Notes: generated from the letters alone by a model not told the origin. A stretch of 64,000 nucleotides of DNA from Pirellula sp. (GCA_043744075.1 JAYTVL010000118.1:9191-73190), one strand, 5' to 3'. Counted from the stretch's first letter, positions 1 through 10,665 are shown. Numbers and translations are program-made.

Positions 1-1
1 C

Positions 2-931
2 GGAGCGGCAGTTCATCCACCTACCGGCCGTATCGTTGCTGGCGCTCAAGATAACGGTACGCTATACCTGACTCCAACTGGAAGTACTGAAACCTGGTTT
101 GAAGTTTTTGGGGGTGATGGCGGAGACAGTGCCTTTGATCCAGTCTCTCAAATTCACTATGGAGAATATGTCTACCTCCAAATACATCGCGGGCAGGCCG
201 GGGGCGGTTCTAACTACATATACTCTGGCATTGCGGACGCTGGCTCAAACGCACTCTTTATTGCCCCATTTATTTTGGACCCCAATAATTCTGCACGAAT
301 GCTGGCAGGTGGTGCGAGACTGTGGCGCAGTAACAATGTAAAGGACAATCCACCAAGTTGGAAAGCGATAAAGCCTGCGGGGGACCTAATTAGCGCAATC
401 GCAGTTGCGCCCGGCAACTCTAAGGTTATTTGGGTAGGAACTATGAATGGAACGGTCCAATACTCGAGTGACGGAACTGCTTCATCTCCATCGTGGGCAA
501 CCGTCGCAGGTCTTCCATCGCGGTATTGCAGTCGGATTACCTTCGATCCAAATGATTCAACTCATAAGACGATCTACGTAACATTCACGGGATACTCAAA
601 CAAGAATCTGCAAAAGACGACTGATGGAGGAACCACATGGTCCAATCTCGGTGACGCAGTACTACCCGAGATACCTTTCTACGACATCGTTGTGCATCCA
701 AGTAACACTAAAATATTGTATTTGGGAACGGAACTGGGACTATTCGTGAGTGATGACGCTGGGGTCACCTGGTCACCTACAAACCAAGGTCCGACGAACG
801 CACCCGTATCACGTTTGTTTTGGGTCAATACGACCTTGTACGTCGCTACACATGGTCGCGGAATTTTCAACATTAACCTTGCAACACCAGACACGAAAGC
901 TCCGCGTCAAGTTGCGGCAATTGCACCATGA
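2..931 (+). CDS. BNR/Asp-box beta-propeller protein (glycosyl-hydrolase/sortilin-like), 5' end outside window
   Basis: Frame is open from base 2 (GAAVHPPTGRIVAGAQDNGT...FGGDGGD...) into ORF 275..931. Asp-box repeats SSDGTA, TTDGGTTW, SDDAGVTW; ends YVATHGRGIF. Confidence 0.8.
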   Translation, partial: GAAVHPPTGRIVAGAQDNGTLYLTPTGSTETWFEVFGGDGGDSAFDPVSQIHYGEYVYLQIHRGQAGGGSNYIYSGIADAGSNALFIAPFILDPNNSARMLAGGARLWRSNNVKDNPPSWKAIKPAGDLISAIAVAPGNSKVIWVGTMNGTVQYSSDGTASSPSWATVAGLPSRYCSRITFDPNDSTHKTIYVTFTGYSNKNLQKTTDGGTTWSNLGDAVLPEIPFYDIVVHPSNTKILYLGTELGLFVSDDAGVTWSPTNQGPTNAPVSRLFWVNTTLYVATHGRGIFNINLATPDTKAPRQVAAIAP

Positions 932-1857
932 GCCGAGCATCTAAAGTTTTGCGATCCGTCGCAACAATGAAGTGCAGGTATCGATACGCAGCAAATTGGT
1001 TTTGCTTGGCAATGAATTTCGTGATTATTGCGACCAGTTTACTTACGACTGCGACGATGGCTTTTGCACAAGTGGACAAGTCTGGCTTCGAAAAACTACC
1101 TAGAAAAGTTATCGGTGTACTTGTGTTTGATAACGCCGAGCTGATAGCTCGCGAGTCTCGATCCGGTCCGCCTGATGCTGTCGTGTTTGTTCGTGACTAT
1201 CGAGCGTTTCGTTGGATGTACCTACCTGCACCAAATGATTCGGATGCCGACGATCTACCTTTTCGTGTACTGGACGACAGTAAACCCGTCGTTTTCGATG
1301 ATGTGCGCATTGCGACCAAAAGCATGTTGAGCAAGCATGACATTGTGGGACCATTTAATTTGGTCGAAGTAGAAGTTAATGGCGGTAGAGGTAGTGCGCC
1401 CGAGGAAGGTTTTGTTGCGACATCCATTCGTCGATTGGATGGTACACCGGATTTTCCGTTCTCGATTCCGGAACTCATCTCATTGATGAAGAAAGAACTC
1501 TCTTCGCATGCGGAATCGCAGGCATCGAATATACAAAAGGAGTTTAATGAGGTGCGCGACAAGGTTGCAAATGGACGACAATCATCGCTTCCTAACGAAT
1601 CCGATGTTGACATCTTTGTAACGTGGCTCGCAGATGAAAGGCGGCTTCGAGTCGAACTAATTAGCAAAGTTATGAACGGTTTCTATGTCCAAGGTGAAGG
1701 CGCATCGAATCCGGTCGCAAAGAAGCCCACACGCGCAGGTACTCAGTTCGGTGTTAAAGGTGGCGTGCGGATTGACGTTGAAATGAGGGAAAACAAACGG
1801 GTTACGACCGCCATTCCTTACAAAGGGTTCACACGTGAATTGCAATTGCCACGATAG
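928..1857 (+). CDS. Hypothetical exported protein
   Basis: 309-aa ORF overlapping the upstream stop (ATGA). Hydrophobic signal-like segment ending AFA-Q; true start may be the later Met (MNFVII). Confidence 0.6.
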   Translation: MSRASKVLRSVATMKCRYRYAANWFCLAMNFVIIATSLLTTATMAFAQVDKSGFEKLPRKVIGVLVFDNAELIARESRSGPPDAVVFVRDYRAFRWMYLPAPNDSDADDLPFRVLDDSKPVVFDDVRIATKSMLSKHDIVGPFNLVEVEVNGGRGSAPEEGFVATSIRRLDGTPDFPFSIPELISLMKKELSSHAESQASNIQKEFNEVRDKVANGRQSSLPNESDVDIFVTWLADERRLRVELISKVMNGFYVQGEGASNPVAKKPTRAGTQFGVKGGVRIDVEMRENKRVTTAIPYKGFTRELQLPR

Positions 1858-2878
1858 AGCATTGACTACAAAGCAGTGCTTCCAACGCCCTGCTTTCACC
1901 TTGGTGGAGTTATTGGTGGTCATTGCAATAATCGGAATCCTGGTTGGGTTACTAGCACCGGCAGTTCAGTTTGCACGTGAAGCTGCAAGAAAGATGAATT
2001 GCACTAACAACACAAAACAACTGGCGCTTGCATGTGCGAACTACGAGACAGCGTTTCGCTGTCTTCCTCCTGGTACTGTTGTTAACTATCAATCGCCGGT
2101 TCCAAGTATCGGATGGGGTGTTCATGGAAGAATACTTCCATTCCTCGAGCAGGACACACTTGGCTCACGCATCGACTTAACACTTACGTGGGAAAGCCAA
2201 TACACCATTGATGCGGTTCGGATTCCGATTTTTGCTTGCCCAAGTGATCCCAAGGGGACTCTGCTCCGCGACCCAGGGTCAGGAAGGCCACGAGTTTATC
2301 CAACCTGTTACGGGTTCAATTACGGCACTTGGTTTGTGTTCAATCCAATAGGCTTTCGCCCCGGTGATGGTTTGTTTTACCCCAATAGCTTTCAAAAATT
2401 GAGTTCTGTTCTTGATGGGGCAAGTAACACGCTTCTGATAGCAGAAGTTCGAGCGTGGCAACCCTTTTATCGTAACGGTGGTACACCGACAAATTTACTA
2501 CCGAATGACGCAACTTCGCTTGCAGCGTTAGCTCTCTCTTCGGACAACGTTTTTCGAGATTCTGGACATACCGAATGGCCTGACGGACGTGCACATCATA
2601 CTGGATTCACAACGACCTTCGCCCCAAATAACAGTGTGCGTGTAATGGTTTCAGGTGTGCCAACCGCTATTAATTACAATTCTTGGCAAGAAGGATTAAA
2701 TGGACTATCGGGGAGACCGACCTATGCAGCGGTAACTTCACGCAGTTATCACGCTGCAAGCATTGTTGGAGCCCGATTGGATGGAAGTGTCGTCTCGTTT
2801 TCCGATTCGATAGACGTTTCTTTATGGCAATCACTGAGTACGCGAGCGGGTGGAGAGGTTACGCACGATGTTGAGTAG
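1835..2878 (+). CDS. DUF1559 family prepilin-type N-terminal cleavage/methylation protein
   Basis: FTLVELLVVIAIIGILVGLLAPAVQFAREAAR...C.NN.KQL.LA N-terminus and C-terminal H-X9-DG motif (HAASIVGARLDGSV), the planctomycete hallmark family. Confidence 0.95.
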   Translation: MNCNCHDRALTTKQCFQRPAFTLVELLVVIAIIGILVGLLAPAVQFAREAARKMNCTNNTKQLALACANYETAFRCLPPGTVVNYQSPVPSIGWGVHGRILPFLEQDTLGSRIDLTLTWESQYTIDAVRIPIFACPSDPKGTLLRDPGSGRPRVYPTCYGFNYGTWFVFNPIGFRPGDGLFYPNSFQKLSSVLDGASNTLLIAEVRAWQPFYRNGGTPTNLLPNDATSLAALALSSDNVFRDSGHTEWPDGRAHHTGFTTTFAPNNSVRVMVSGVPTAINYNSWQEGLNGLSGRPTYAAVTSRSYHAASIVGARLDGSVVSFSDSIDVSLWQSLSTRAGGEVTHDVE

Positions 2879-3034
2879 ATCGACAAACGCATGATTTACC
2901 GAGCGAGGTCGCAAGTACTATTTCAAAGCCAAGCATGATGATGACTTCCATGAGGCAAATGAGGCCGATGACAGGCGTCGGCTCAACTGGCTCAATTAAC
3001 ATTTTTCACCATTTTATCTACGGAGGAAATAGCA

Positions 3035-4537
3035 ATGAACAGGACCATTCGAGGCAGGTTTCATTTTTGGTCAGTTCCCTGTTATTGCATGTGCATTATC
3101 CTTGTTCTGACTTTGACTATCCCACCTTCGGTTGGAAATGCATGGCAGATAAGTGACGCCCCTACAGTTACGCTGCGGTTTGGAATGGAGATCAAACCTC
3201 ACTCACTTGGAGTCGAAGTCGCAGATATCAAGTCCGATCGGGCCGTGAGCAAGAAACTGCATAAGGGGGATATCCTTCGCTCATACGAACTAGTGAGCAA
3301 TCAAGGCGTTAGCCATCGGATTACCAGCGGCCTCACCATCGATCAACTCAAGGAAGCCCTTGCACGTGGAGAAACGCTCTTAATTAGCCTTCTAAGGCGT
3401 AAGGATAGCGGCGAATCTGCCTTCGACGCGATTCAAGTAATTATAGATGCTTCGGATTTGATGCCCCCGCAAACGGTTGAGCATTCGAAAGCTTACAGGT
3501 CTACGTTTACCGTAGGTGAGCCCGAACCCGCTCCTCCTAAATCAGTGGTTTTGGTACCTGTTTTTTATGCAACCGATCGAATGCTAGAGAGCAATGAGTA
3601 TTCCGGAAACCGCGATAACCAATCCCCAAACCCAATCAAGTACGGTGCGTGTGTTGTCTCGATACCGCCAACGCACATTAGGGGACAACTCGAAGGACCT
3701 TCGTTTTGGCGTCTTGAGTTCATGGAGAACCCCACAAAGCACATTGTTCTGCGAACAGTCAGCCAAATTGGAAAGGATGCAACTTTTCAAGCGATCGCTG
3801 CCCAATTCGAGTCTCTTCCGACGATACCTCGTAAACGTGTTCTCGTATTTGTGCATGGTTACAACGTAGCGTTTGACGAAGCCGCTCGAAGAGCCGCACA
3901 AATGCACTACGATTTGCCTTTTCCAGGGGTAACTATGATCTATTCTTGGCCCTCCGACGGAACGATTAGAGGGTACGTTGCGGACCTTTCCGATGTCGAT
4001 TGGTCTGTTCCCCACATGAAGGCCTTTCTTGCTGACCTTGAAAAGCAGCAAGTCGATGATATTTATCTGGTAGCACACAGTATGGGAAATCGAGGCCTTA
4101 CCAAGGCCCTTGTCGAGCTAAAACGCGATGGAGCTGGCAAAAAGATCAAAGAACTGATCTTGGCCGCAGCTGACGTGGATGCAGACGTGTTTACGACAGA
4201 AATCGCTCCGGTGTTGGCAAACATTGCTCCTGCAACTGTCTATGTGTCTTCCTCGGACCTTGCATTATGGAGTTCAGAGACACTTTCAAGTACCCCTCGT
4301 GTTGGCGAGATTCGTGATGGCGAACCAACAATCCCAAGTACTCTGCGCTTGAATGTGATCGACGTCAGTACCGTGAAGTCCGACTTTGTCGGGCATTCAG
4401 CGTACGGTAGTGCCTCGGTCATTACTGATATTTCCAATGTCATTTCGGGAAGACCGTTACCACGGGACTTTCTGAAGTCAGTTGTTGGATCAAAAGGTCC
4501 GTATTACGAGTTTGTATCGACAAGCGAGTTGCCCTAA
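3035..4537 (+). CDS. DUF900-type alpha/beta hydrolase (esterase/lipase) with N-terminal signal and PDZ-like region
   Basis: VFYATDR, VFVHGYNV, YSWPS, nucleophile elbow AHSMGNR, GHSAY. N-terminal hydrophobic segment and GMEIK...GVEV...LHKGDIL PDZ-like stretch. Confidence 0.85.
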   Translation: MNRTIRGRFHFWSVPCYCMCIILVLTLTIPPSVGNAWQISDAPTVTLRFGMEIKPHSLGVEVADIKSDRAVSKKLHKGDILRSYELVSNQGVSHRITSGLTIDQLKEALARGETLLISLLRRKDSGESAFDAIQVIIDASDLMPPQTVEHSKAYRSTFTVGEPEPAPPKSVVLVPVFYATDRMLESNEYSGNRDNQSPNPIKYGACVVSIPPTHIRGQLEGPSFWRLEFMENPTKHIVLRTVSQIGKDATFQAIAAQFESLPTIPRKRVLVFVHGYNVAFDEAARRAAQMHYDLPFPGVTMIYSWPSDGTIRGYVADLSDVDWSVPHMKAFLADLEKQQVDDIYLVAHSMGNRGLTKALVELKRDGAGKKIKELILAAADVDADVFTTEIAPVLANIAPATVYVSSSDLALWSSETLSSTPRVGEIRDGEPTIPSTLRLNVIDVSTVKSDFVGHSAYGSASVITDISNVISGRPLPRDFLKSVVGSKGPYYEFVSTSELP

Positions 4538-4565
4538 CAGTCCCATTTTTACAAGGAAAAACAAC

Positions 4566-5435
4566 ATGAAAAAGTCCAAAGTTGATTTCGAGTTGAACAA
4601 GATTCTTGACGACGCAAAGAGGAAGATCTCGGAACTAGTGGATTGTTCCAAAACCAATATGCCTTCTTCAAGTAGTTCTCACTCACACTCAGGATACCCG
4701 GAGGCGCTAAAACGCCGCAGTCCTGAGGAGTCCGCACGAATAGAAAGAAAGGAGTTGCATATTTATGGTTCTAAAATACTTTGCAGGACGGACACCCGCG
4801 GATTCCCTACTCCAAAAAACCGATCTCCACTTGACCTCAAGTTGGATGCAACCGAAGGATTCATACCTCTTTGGGAACAAGGTTCGCAACTTCGATGGAG
4901 GTTTAAGCTATCGTCAATGGACTATTTCGAAGACCCAACGGCGGCTATGGGGTACATCAAGGAGTTGTTCCGGGACGCGCTAATGGCTTGGGGAGATGCT
5001 ACTCCAATCACATTCTCCGAGCGTGATGAGGCCTGTGATTTTGAAATCGTCATGAAGCAACACGACGATTGTCAAGGAGGTGGCTGCACTCTTGCAGCAG
5101 CTTTCTTCCCAGATGGTGGACGACATGGATTGGAAATATATCCAAAGATGTTTACTCAAAGCCGCAAAGAACAAGTGGACAACTTGATTCACGAAACTGG
5201 ACATATATTTGGCCTCCGGCATTTCTTTGCTGATATCAGCGAATCGGCTTGGCCCAGCGTAGTATTCGGGGAGGATAATCCTTTTTCAATCATGAACTAC
5301 GGTGCCAATAGCGAACTTACCGAACAAGACCGCTCGGATCTAGCAACACTTTACGAAAAAGTATGGGACGGCACGCTTAAAACAATTCAGATGACCCCTA
5401 TTCGCCTAGTGCGTCCCTTTAGTGCTTTACACTGA
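4566..5435 (+). CDS. Matrixin/M10-like zinc metalloprotease (metzincin)
   Basis: HETGHIFGLRH zinc motif plus Met-turn SIMNY. ATG at 4566 preceded by AAGGA. Confidence 0.85.
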   Translation: MKKSKVDFELNKILDDAKRKISELVDCSKTNMPSSSSSHSHSGYPEALKRRSPEESARIERKELHIYGSKILCRTDTRGFPTPKNRSPLDLKLDATEGFIPLWEQGSQLRWRFKLSSMDYFEDPTAAMGYIKELFRDALMAWGDATPITFSERDEACDFEIVMKQHDDCQGGGCTLAAAFFPDGGRHGLEIYPKMFTQSRKEQVDNLIHETGHIFGLRHFFADISESAWPSVVFGEDNPFSIMNYGANSELTEQDRSDLATLYEKVWDGTLKTIQMTPIRLVRPFSALH

Positions 5436-5602
5436 TGCTTGGACGGCCCGAGTCGATGAATCGTTTACACTATGCTGTTCGACTCGAACTTGGAATTGGA
5501 GAAATAGTTGGCGTTGGCGCAAGTGGCCTCGCTCCACCTCGTCAGCGCCAACAAAGCTCCAAATCGTATTATCCAACGTCCAATTGACCTTCGAATCGAA
5601 GA

Positions 5603-8515
5603 TCAGACAAACAAATGTGGAACTGCAACCATTCCCCTTGTTCCTAAATTATTGTCTAGCGGAACCAGTCGCACGCTTGTGATCGGATTTGCACTCGTGA
5701 AACGACCAAGATTGCTTCCATCCCCATCCGCTGATGCTGCCATCAATAGTGTGGGTTGACTGGACATTGGTATCCACTGGAATGGCCCAACGACTACAGA
5801 TCCACCCGGAATTATCCCGCTTGGCGCATCCTTCACGGCATCGATTAATGCGTTCCAGTCATCCGGCCACAAGGCGTTCCCAATTGCCGTCGACTGGAAT
5901 CCTTGTACCTTCACGTTCATTGCTTGCGAGACTCCCCGATTGGAAACTCGGACATAAGCGAAGTTCTTTTGACCCATGATTGGATCTTGATGCACTGTTC
6001 CGTCGTCCCCTGCTATGCGGTTCCAAACATCTCTTGAATCATCTCCTTCCACAAAATGGTAGTTCCCATCTCGACCATCATTAATGAACACATCGACCTT
6101 CGGTGGATCTCCAACGCGATTTATAGGAGTCTGCCCAACTCCGGGCGGCGTTCGATACGCCCCTTGCATTTCAAACGCCCAGCGAGTTACTTTGCGGAGA
6201 CTTCCGATGAGGGTGTCTTTTCCTTCATATTTAAATATCCCCGTATCTGCCTGCATCATGAGGTCTGCAAATCCCTCTGGCTTGGCCGGGTTATTGGCAG
6301 GAGACATCAGCCCGATTGCCTTAATGATAAGGAATACGACGTACTGTGCAGCAAAGTCTTGTTGCTTCTTGTCGTCTGAATCTCCCCCGGCCGCTTGGTA
6401 GATTCGAAAAAGGGAAGAAGAAAGCATTTGCTCAGCTACGTACCCTGCACTGTCGTTGCCGAAAAAAGGTTCGTACGATGGTCCGTACCAGGCAAGACTA
6501 CTTACCGCTCTTTGGTGGCTGCGACCAATTTGCACCCATGGAAACGTAAGGTTTCGTGGGCTTTGACTGCCCGCGTCGTTTAGGATAGCCGCCATGGCAT
6601 CTCCTGCGCTGTGGGCAAACTTGAAATTTGCTGAGCCTACGTTATCCCACAATAGTGCATGGCCAAATTCGTGGAGAACTACTCGCCAATCTGCGGCCAT
6701 TCCTACAGATGTATTTAAAGCAGCTAGCGCGAACCGAAATCCATCCGATCTAGGGGGGAGCGAAAAACCCGGCGCTGATGCGTTAACGCTGTTTGCGGAC
6801 GGAAAGCCTACTCGATGGTCCACTCGTACAGGAAACGTCGTACCATCGAAGTACGACTTTACATTGATGCCAAAACCTTCAAGTAGGCGAAACAGCCTAT
6901 CGCAATTGTGGTAAGCGTTCACTGCCCCAAAATCGTTTGTCGTCACGGAAAAACGAAAGTCCCCCGGCACAGGTGAACTCGGTATCGCTGGACTCGGAGC
7001 ACTTACGTTGACCAAGCGAACAAATTCTCCATCTAGCGATTGATTTGCACCAAATGAAGCTTGGGTTAACCCGACTAAGGACACGAGATCGCGATGTCGA
7101 TCCAAGTCTTGCGTGCTACCTGCTGGACCTGGCCCAGCAGATCCCAGTTTTGTTTTTGGGTCCTTCAAGTACACCCAAGCTAGAGACGCCTTCGGGTCAA
7201 CTACCGAAACAGCACGATCTGGACTATCAACTGTGACGAAACCCGCGTCCCCAGCAAACATGCGCTCCGAACTATTCTCTCCCACAAACAAACACTGGTC
7301 GCTTGTCACTCCAGCCAACGCAGCCGAATTCTCAAAAATTACTTTGCTGTTCTTGGTCCCGAATACTAACAAGTCTTGAGCGAGAAAAGCCATGATCCCC
7401 GTGTCTTGCATCAACGACTTAATCAAGTTCGGGTTGAATGGACCGGGATCAGAGATGATCCCTACCCGAAGTTGCTTTTCAAACAGTTCTTTTACGACTT
7501 CCATCGCTGAGGGAAAGATCTCGATCTTGTTGAGCTGACCTCCACTAACAACTGCCTTACCCAAGGTATCCCCAATGTCGAAAAAAACTACCGTAGGCGT
7601 AGTAGTAGTAGCATTGGTGAGCCCCGTCAGACTTGTGTTTGCAGCAGGCCCTCCAAGCTTCGCCTTTGCCGCTGGATCGAATGCGGCCCCTTGGATCTCA
7701 TGCATCACCGGTTCTCGATCGCAGCCTTCTAGGGACCTTAGCATTAATACGCTACTAGTTTCCGGTTCAATCAATGCTAACCAACTTGATTCTCCGCGAT
7801 TCGTTGAATGTATCGTGAATTCCACGGCCAAAACAACAAAACTCTCACCTTCCCCGATCTCGTCAGCAACTACGGGTAAAGCAAATGGAATTCTTTCTGC
7901 AATATTCCCCAGTGGACCCGCAGAGTGTATTTCAAGGCGTCCTTTGGCTCTGTATTGGTACACAAACTGCTTCGAGTTATGTAACTGAATGCGGTAACGC
8001 CCAGGAATCGAAAAGATCCCGCGAATAGCGTCGCTGTCTATGTGGGTCTCCGTAAAATTGGTTTTATTACTCTCAGACTTTCTTTTGAGATTCTTTTTGA
8101 CCGTACTTTGGGAGCCCACGACCTGCATCGGGTTTTCTTCCACTTGCACCACTACTCCAGATTCCCATACAGGAATTCCATCAAGATTTTGGCTGTACGT
8201 CACGCGAGAATTGCCCATCACCGACTTTTCGGATTCAAAGATGAGCTGCTCACCGGACTGCGTATTGCGGGAACGGGCTCGCCCATCAGTTCCAGTAGCA
8301 ACCAGCATCTCTTGGTTCAATCCAAATGCAGGTAGAGCTTCACTGAGATACGCATCCGCAATCACGCGAGCGGATACCACAGCGTTTCCGGCACGCTCAT
8401 GAAAATGTGTTGCGTCACTTTTCAGCCGAAAAGGACTCTCGACGTGATTGAGTTGTGTGACATTTCCCTTTTCGTCAAAAATCTTGGAGGAAGTATCTAG
8501 TTGAAATGAACCCAT
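5603..8515 (-). CDS. Fungalysin/thermolysin-like (M36/M4) metalloprotease with propeptide and inserted HAD-like domain
   Basis: FTP-like propeptide (VTYSQNLDGIPVWESGVVV), NAYH..D, VVLHEFGHALL. Internal FFDIGDTLG...IISDPG...FVGEN HAD motifs; C-terminal beta domain (DVWNR...HQDP...AYVRVSNRG). Start set at ATG 8515 (AAAGGA upstream). Confidence 0.8.
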   Translation of the reverse strand: MGSFQLDTSSKIFDEKGNVTQLNHVESPFRLKSDATHFHERAGNAVVSARVIADAYLSEALPAFGLNQEMLVATGTDGRARSRNTQSGEQLIFESEKSVMGNSRVTYSQNLDGIPVWESGVVVQVEENPMQVVGSQSTVKKNLKRKSESNKTNFTETHIDSDAIRGIFSIPGRYRIQLHNSKQFVYQYRAKGRLEIHSAGPLGNIAERIPFALPVVADEIGEGESFVVLAVEFTIHSTNRGESSWLALIEPETSSVLMLRSLEGCDREPVMHEIQGAAFDPAAKAKLGGPAANTSLTGLTNATTTTPTVVFFDIGDTLGKAVVSGGQLNKIEIFPSAMEVVKELFEKQLRVGIISDPGPFNPNLIKSLMQDTGIMAFLAQDLLVFGTKNSKVIFENSAALAGVTSDQCLFVGENSSERMFAGDAGFVTVDSPDRAVSVVDPKASLAWVYLKDPKTKLGSAGPGPAGSTQDLDRHRDLVSLVGLTQASFGANQSLDGEFVRLVNVSAPSPAIPSSPVPGDFRFSVTTNDFGAVNAYHNCDRLFRLLEGFGINVKSYFDGTTFPVRVDHRVGFPSANSVNASAPGFSLPPRSDGFRFALAALNTSVGMAADWRVVLHEFGHALLWDNVGSANFKFAHSAGDAMAAILNDAGSQSPRNLTFPWVQIGRSHQRAVSSLAWYGPSYEPFFGNDSAGYVAEQMLSSSLFRIYQAAGGDSDDKKQQDFAAQYVVFLIIKAIGLMSPANNPAKPEGFADLMMQADTGIFKYEGKDTLIGSLRKVTRWAFEMQGAYRTPPGVGQTPINRVGDPPKVDVFINDGRDGNYHFVEGDDSRDVWNRIAGDDGTVHQDPIMGQKNFAYVRVSNRGVSQAMNVKVQGFQSTAIGNALWPDDWNALIDAVKDAPSGIIPGGSVVVGPFQWIPMSSQPTLLMAASADGDGSNLGRFTSANPITSVRLVPLDNNLGTRGMVAVPHLFV

Positions 8516-8832
8516 TGACCAAAGTCCTTTGCTGACGCGAGGAAGGAATTCCATTTTGGAAAGAGTCACTAACGCGCAAAGGAGTCCGTCCCCTTCTTAA
8601 TATCGCAAAGCAGCTCAAAACCACGACAAGTTGTTGATTCAAAAAAAATCATTGAAATCACTTGATCAATTATAACAAGCATTTCGCCCCCGCGGTGTCT
8701 CTCAACAACAAAGGGTTGGTTAGATAGCAATCGCAATATTGGTAATGTCCATTGGACCCGGATTGCGACGTGAAGATTACACGCTAGAATTCCCAATCAT
8801 GGTTTGAAGCGTTTGACATCGAAGTCTCTGAG

Positions 8833-9486
8833 GTGATCATGGTCGATTCAGGTTCGCGCAAGCAGCCAACAATTGAACTGAGCAAGTTAATTGTCCCCTT
8901 GTGGATCTTTCTTCCTGGAATTGCGGTTGTCGGATCGCTAATAATTCATGAAGCCAAATGGGTTGATATCGGACGCTACTTTTTACTGACGGTTTCGACA
9001 ACAGTTTTGTCCTATTGTGTTGGATCTTGCTCAATCAAGTTTCTCCGATTGCGTGAACTACTGGCTCTCAGGGAATGGATAGATGAAAGTGATTATCCGA
9101 TACGCACAGACGAAATATTGCAACGATGCAACGACTTTGCAGCAAAAGAGGAGCGTGCAAAACGTGTTCAACTCGCTACGACCGGGATCACGCTTATCTC
9201 ATGGTTTATGGTGGTTCAAAATCATTGCGAACAGATCACGGGAGATAATGGTAACATGTGCCTTGCAGGATTTGCGTTTACGACCTGCGTGTGCTTGATC
9301 ATCTGGAAAATCCACGAGAACCAAATGTCGACTCCTATTGGAATATTTTTTGCCGGTGCTCATAAGTCGCACGCAAAAGACCAAGGCACACCTTTTCCAA
9401 AAGGAAATGAGAAAACTCTGGAACCTCTTGACACGCCGAGGTTTCCAAATGGAATACCCGACACAAATAAAACTCACGCAGACTAG
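8833..9486 (+). CDS. Hypothetical membrane protein
   Basis: 217-aa ORF with about 4 hydrophobic segments. Confidence 0.55.
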   Translation: MIMVDSGSRKQPTIELSKLIVPLWIFLPGIAVVGSLIIHEAKWVDIGRYFLLTVSTTVLSYCVGSCSIKFLRLRELLALREWIDESDYPIRTDEILQRCNDFAAKEERAKRVQLATTGITLISWFMVVQNHCEQITGDNGNMCLAGFAFTTCVCLIIWKIHENQMSTPIGIFFAGAHKSHAKDQGTPFPKGNEKTLEPLDTPRFPNGIPDTNKTHAD

Positions 9487-9516
9487 TTCGCTACCCTCAA
9501 AGAAGGAATCGAGGAC

Positions 9517-9762
9517 ATGAATTTTGCACTTGGATGCTTATTCGGACTTCTGTTTTCAGCCGCTTTCATTTGCCTTGCGACCCTATACGTAAGGCATGGA
9601 CTTCCAAAACGGAGAGTGAAAACAAAACCTGAAACTGCACCTCAGACGACTTCTGCACCTGACCCCCCCATTCTACTACGTTCAGATGCCTCTTGGGGCG
9701 AAAACTCTACTTCAGCGGCGGAGCCTGAAACCGTCAGTACTAGCAATGGCAGCCGGTTCTAA
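9517..9762 (+). CDS. Small single-TM hypothetical protein
   Basis: GAGGAC RBS before ATG; N-terminal TM followed by a basic patch and a Pro/Ser/Thr tail. Confidence 0.55.
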   Translation: MNFALGCLFGLLFSAAFICLATLYVRHGLPKRRVKTKPETAPQTTSAPDPPILLRSDASWGENSTSAAEPETVSTSNGSRF

Positions 9763-9989
9763 TTCGCATTCGTTCTTTGCATCGCTTCAAACGCTGCTTT
9801 TCGTCCGAGCACTTCAGCGGCATCAATGTTACGAATCTCCTCCATCCGCTTGATCGTGAAGCCTTTGTATTGAAACGGACGCATGTTTGCGTAGTAGATG
9901 CATGCGAAACCAATCGACAAAACGAACCAACTGTACACGGTAATGACCATCATGATCTCCTCGGGCTTAAGGGAATGAACTTCCCTCAC
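9759..9989 (-). CDS. Small membrane hypothetical protein
   Basis: 76-aa ORF with one TM segment, convergent with 9517..9762; start uncertain. Confidence 0.4.
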   Translation of the reverse strand: MREVHSLKPEEIMMVITVYSWFVLSIGFACIYYANMRPFQYKGFTIKRMEEIRNIDAAEVLGRKAAFEAMQRTNAN

Positions 9990-10300
9990 GCGCTAAAGCC
10001 AAGGAAATCCACTCCCGACAAAACCTTTTCACATCCTGCGATTCCTACGCCCTAGTACCATATTTGCCCATTTGAAGGCAATATCGCTGCTTTACGTAGT
10101 CTTTTATGTATCCTTTCCCGGATTGATCTTCGTGGTTTTTGGTTGAGTTATCGTTCTCGGCAATGCTAGCCAAGCGGTCAATAGTCAATTGATGTTCCCT
10201 CATGAGCATCAAACTCTAAGTGATGACGCTATGAGCCCGCTCGGAATCGGCACTCTAAGGCAGGGTTGGGGAGCGTAGGGTAAGGCCCTAATCCCTCGGT

Positions 10301-10402
10301 TTCATTCGCCTTCGTCGTCCATCATCCATCGGGGCCAAGGGCCTTGACGGCCTCCGCGGGCGAGCCCCGACAGATGACAGCCGACGAAGGCAGGTAAATG
10401 AA
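10301..10402. promoter_or_regulatory. Multi-stem inverted-repeat element upstream of DUF932 gene (candidate ssDNA promoter/leader)
   Basis: Nested pairings: TTCAT/ATGAA, GCCTTCGTCG(10308-17)/CGACGAAGGC(10382-91), TCGGGG/CCCCGA, and GGCC-TTGAC-GGCC. Confidence 0.55.
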
Positions 10403-10665
10403 GAAAGCAAATTTATTTGCAACATGTTTCTCTGCGGATTGCAAAACGGCGAATGGAACAATGCGTAAGGATGCTTTGGCGTCTCTAAGCCTCTTTTACA
10501 AACGCTGATCCACTGTGCTCCTTCTCAATTTGACTCGGGAAGTCGGATAAACCCCGGCACTCATTGAGCATCGCTCCAAACCTTTGGAAATGGCGTTCAA
10601 GGAGGACTGGTGGTGCATCCTTAAAAGGTTTTTTACTTTTTTCCTAAGCAAACGGAGAACAAAAC

